Source: an uncultured Clostridia bacterium
GTDB lineage: Bacteria; Bacillota; Clostridia; Christensenellales; UBA1242
Length of the DNA stretch: 58,445 nt
Direction of reading: 5' to 3'
Assembly: GCA_944350095.1 (NCBI GenBank)
Contig: CALVOB010000018.1
Coordinates: forward strand, 1 to 58,445
Shown here: positions 57,208 through 58,445 of the stretch, piece by piece
Numbering within the stretch: the stretch's first letter is position 1
How the letters are laid out: each line of letters opens with the position of its first letter
Position numbers and translations under genes: made by a program
Notes under the pieces: generated by a model
What the model saw: the letters and a program-made list of their open reading frames with translations, nothing else
The model's database searches: none
Told to the model about the DNA's origin: nothing

Positions 57208-57990
57208 ATGAATATTATAATAACAGGCGCTAGTAGCGGAATTGGAAAATGTTTGGCTGAAAATTTTAGAAAACAAGGTCATAATGTTATTGGCTTATCA
57301 AGGCACCCACAAACAACATTTGATATCTTTTGTGATGTATCTAATATAGAAAGTGTTAAAACTACATTTAAAGAAATATCAAAAAAATATGATAAAATAG
57401 ATATTTTAATAAATAATGCAGGCTATGGAATTTCAGGAGCAACTGAGCTTATAACAAACGAAGATGCTCATAAAATATTTGAAACAAATTTTTTTGGAGT
57501 ACTAAACTGCTCTCGTGAAGCATTGTCATTAATGAAAAGTGGTTCAAAAATAGTAAACATAAGTTCTGTATGTGCAATGTTCCCACTTCCCTTTCGAGCC
57601 CTTTACTGTGCAAGCAAAGCTAGTGTAAATTTACTATCTTCTTCAATGCGAATGGAACTATCTCCCGCCGGAATAGATATAACTTGTATATGTCCGGGTG
57701 ATACTAAAACAAATTTTACTAAAAACCGAGAAAAGAATTTTGAAACTAATGAAAGATACAACGATAGAATAGAAAACGCTACAAATAAAATAGACAAAAA
57801 TCAAAATAAAAGAATGAGTGTAGAAAAAGTAAGCAAAAAAATTCAAAAAATATGTTTAAAAAATAAAACAAAACCAATTTATATTATAGGTGCAAAATAT
57901 AAAACATTAAATTTTTTAACAAAAATTTTTCCTTTTAATTTATTAGTAAAATTTACAGGGAAAATATATGGAGGAAATACAAAAAAATAA
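57208..57990 (+). CDS. Classical short-chain dehydrogenase/reductase (paralog of 56331-57116)
   Basis: TGASSGIG, NNAG and YCASK motifs. The ATG at 57208 lies 6 nt after TATACT with no SD, so it is possibly leaderless. Confidence 0.8.
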   Translation: MNIIITGASSGIGKCLAENFRKQGHNVIGLSRHPQTTFDIFCDVSNIESVKTTFKEISKKYDKIDILINNAGYGISGATELITNEDAHKIFETNFFGVLNCSREALSLMKSGSKIVNISSVCAMFPLPFRALYCASKASVNLLSSSMRMELSPAGIDITCICPGDTKTNFTKNREKNFETNERYNDRIENATNKIDKNQNKRMSVEKVSKKIQKICLKNKTKPIYIIGAKYKTLNFLTKIFPFNLLVKFTGKIYGGNTKK

Positions 57991-58040
57991 GCGAAAGGTT
58001 AAAACCTTTTGAAACTAGCAAAATAAAAGAACTAAAAAGA

Positions 58041-58075
58041 AAAGGAACTATACACATAAAGTAAAGTTCCTTTTT
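58041..58075 (+). terminator. Rho-independent terminator
   Basis: AAAGGAACT/AGTTCCTTT stem followed by a T-run. It is nested inside a 9-bp outer pairing, 58009-58017 with 58080-58088. Confidence 0.6.
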
Positions 58076-58182
58076 GTATTAGTTTCAAAAATAACAGACT
58101 AAAGTTAATGAATTTTGAAGCTAGAGAAAAAGATTATCAAATTATTAAATTGTATGTTATAATTAAAACATAGGAGTAAAAA

Positions 58183-58445
58183 ATGAACTTTATAGTAGAT
58201 AAACGAACAGAGTTGATGAGCGTTATTTTAGCATTGTCGCAAGGAAATGAATATATTGAAGAACACTTTTCTTTTGACATTAAAGATGAATATAGACAAC
58301 TATTATATAATCACTTTTCCAAGTTCAAAAATCACAAAGCGGTTGCACTAGCCAAACAAATAGCCAAGAATGTTGAAGGGTTTTGTTTTGATAACCCAAT
58401 TAGATTAGCATTTGCATTAAACAAACAATTAAAATTTGATGGCAA
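58183..58445 (+). CDS. Hypothetical protein, 5' fragment (continues beyond the window)
   Basis: ATG 7 nt after AGGAG. MNFIVDKRTELMSVILALSQGNEYIEEHF.. is possibly DUF4932-like. Weak. Confidence 0.45.
   Translation, partial: MNFIVDKRTELMSVILALSQGNEYIEEHFSFDIKDEYRQLLYNHFSKFKNHKAVALAKQIAKNVEGFCFDNPIRLAFALNKQLKFDG

Overview
AT-rich Bacillota-like (Firmicutes/Mollicutes-type) chromosomal window, standard genetic code, mostly minus-strand genes. The left edge holds the 3' part of a large serine recombinase gene with an in-frame TAA. It runs into tRNA-Leu(CAA), so it is probably the end of an integrated element. Housekeeping blocks are zupT, glpK, an ABC-F ATPase, ybeY-era, lgt, ogg, rplU-prp-rpmA, pta-ackA, dnaG-sigA, and an SPT-like alpha-oxoamine synthase with two SDR paralogs. 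Between these lie many membrane-anchored surface proteins: a 1883-aa repeat protein, three GLUG-motif proteins, a BspA-type LRR protein and a 300-aa paralog of its N-terminal domain. None shows an LPXTG, SLH or choline-binding anchor. From 38.9 to 53.1 kb there is a compact phage-like packaging/head/holin module (TerL, portal, scaffold, capsid, holins). It has no recognisable integrase, replication genes, tail or endolysin, and two surface-protein genes split it. The most unusual signals are (1) four 73-85 nt elements that each fold into a nearly linker-free four-way junction, three of them within 0-14 nt of a stop codon and two inside the phage-like module. Signal (2) is a conserved promoter-like cassette carrying a poly-G tract (G9 vs G5) upstream of the two paralogous surface-protein genes. 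All functional calls come from motif recognition by eye; no database search was possible.
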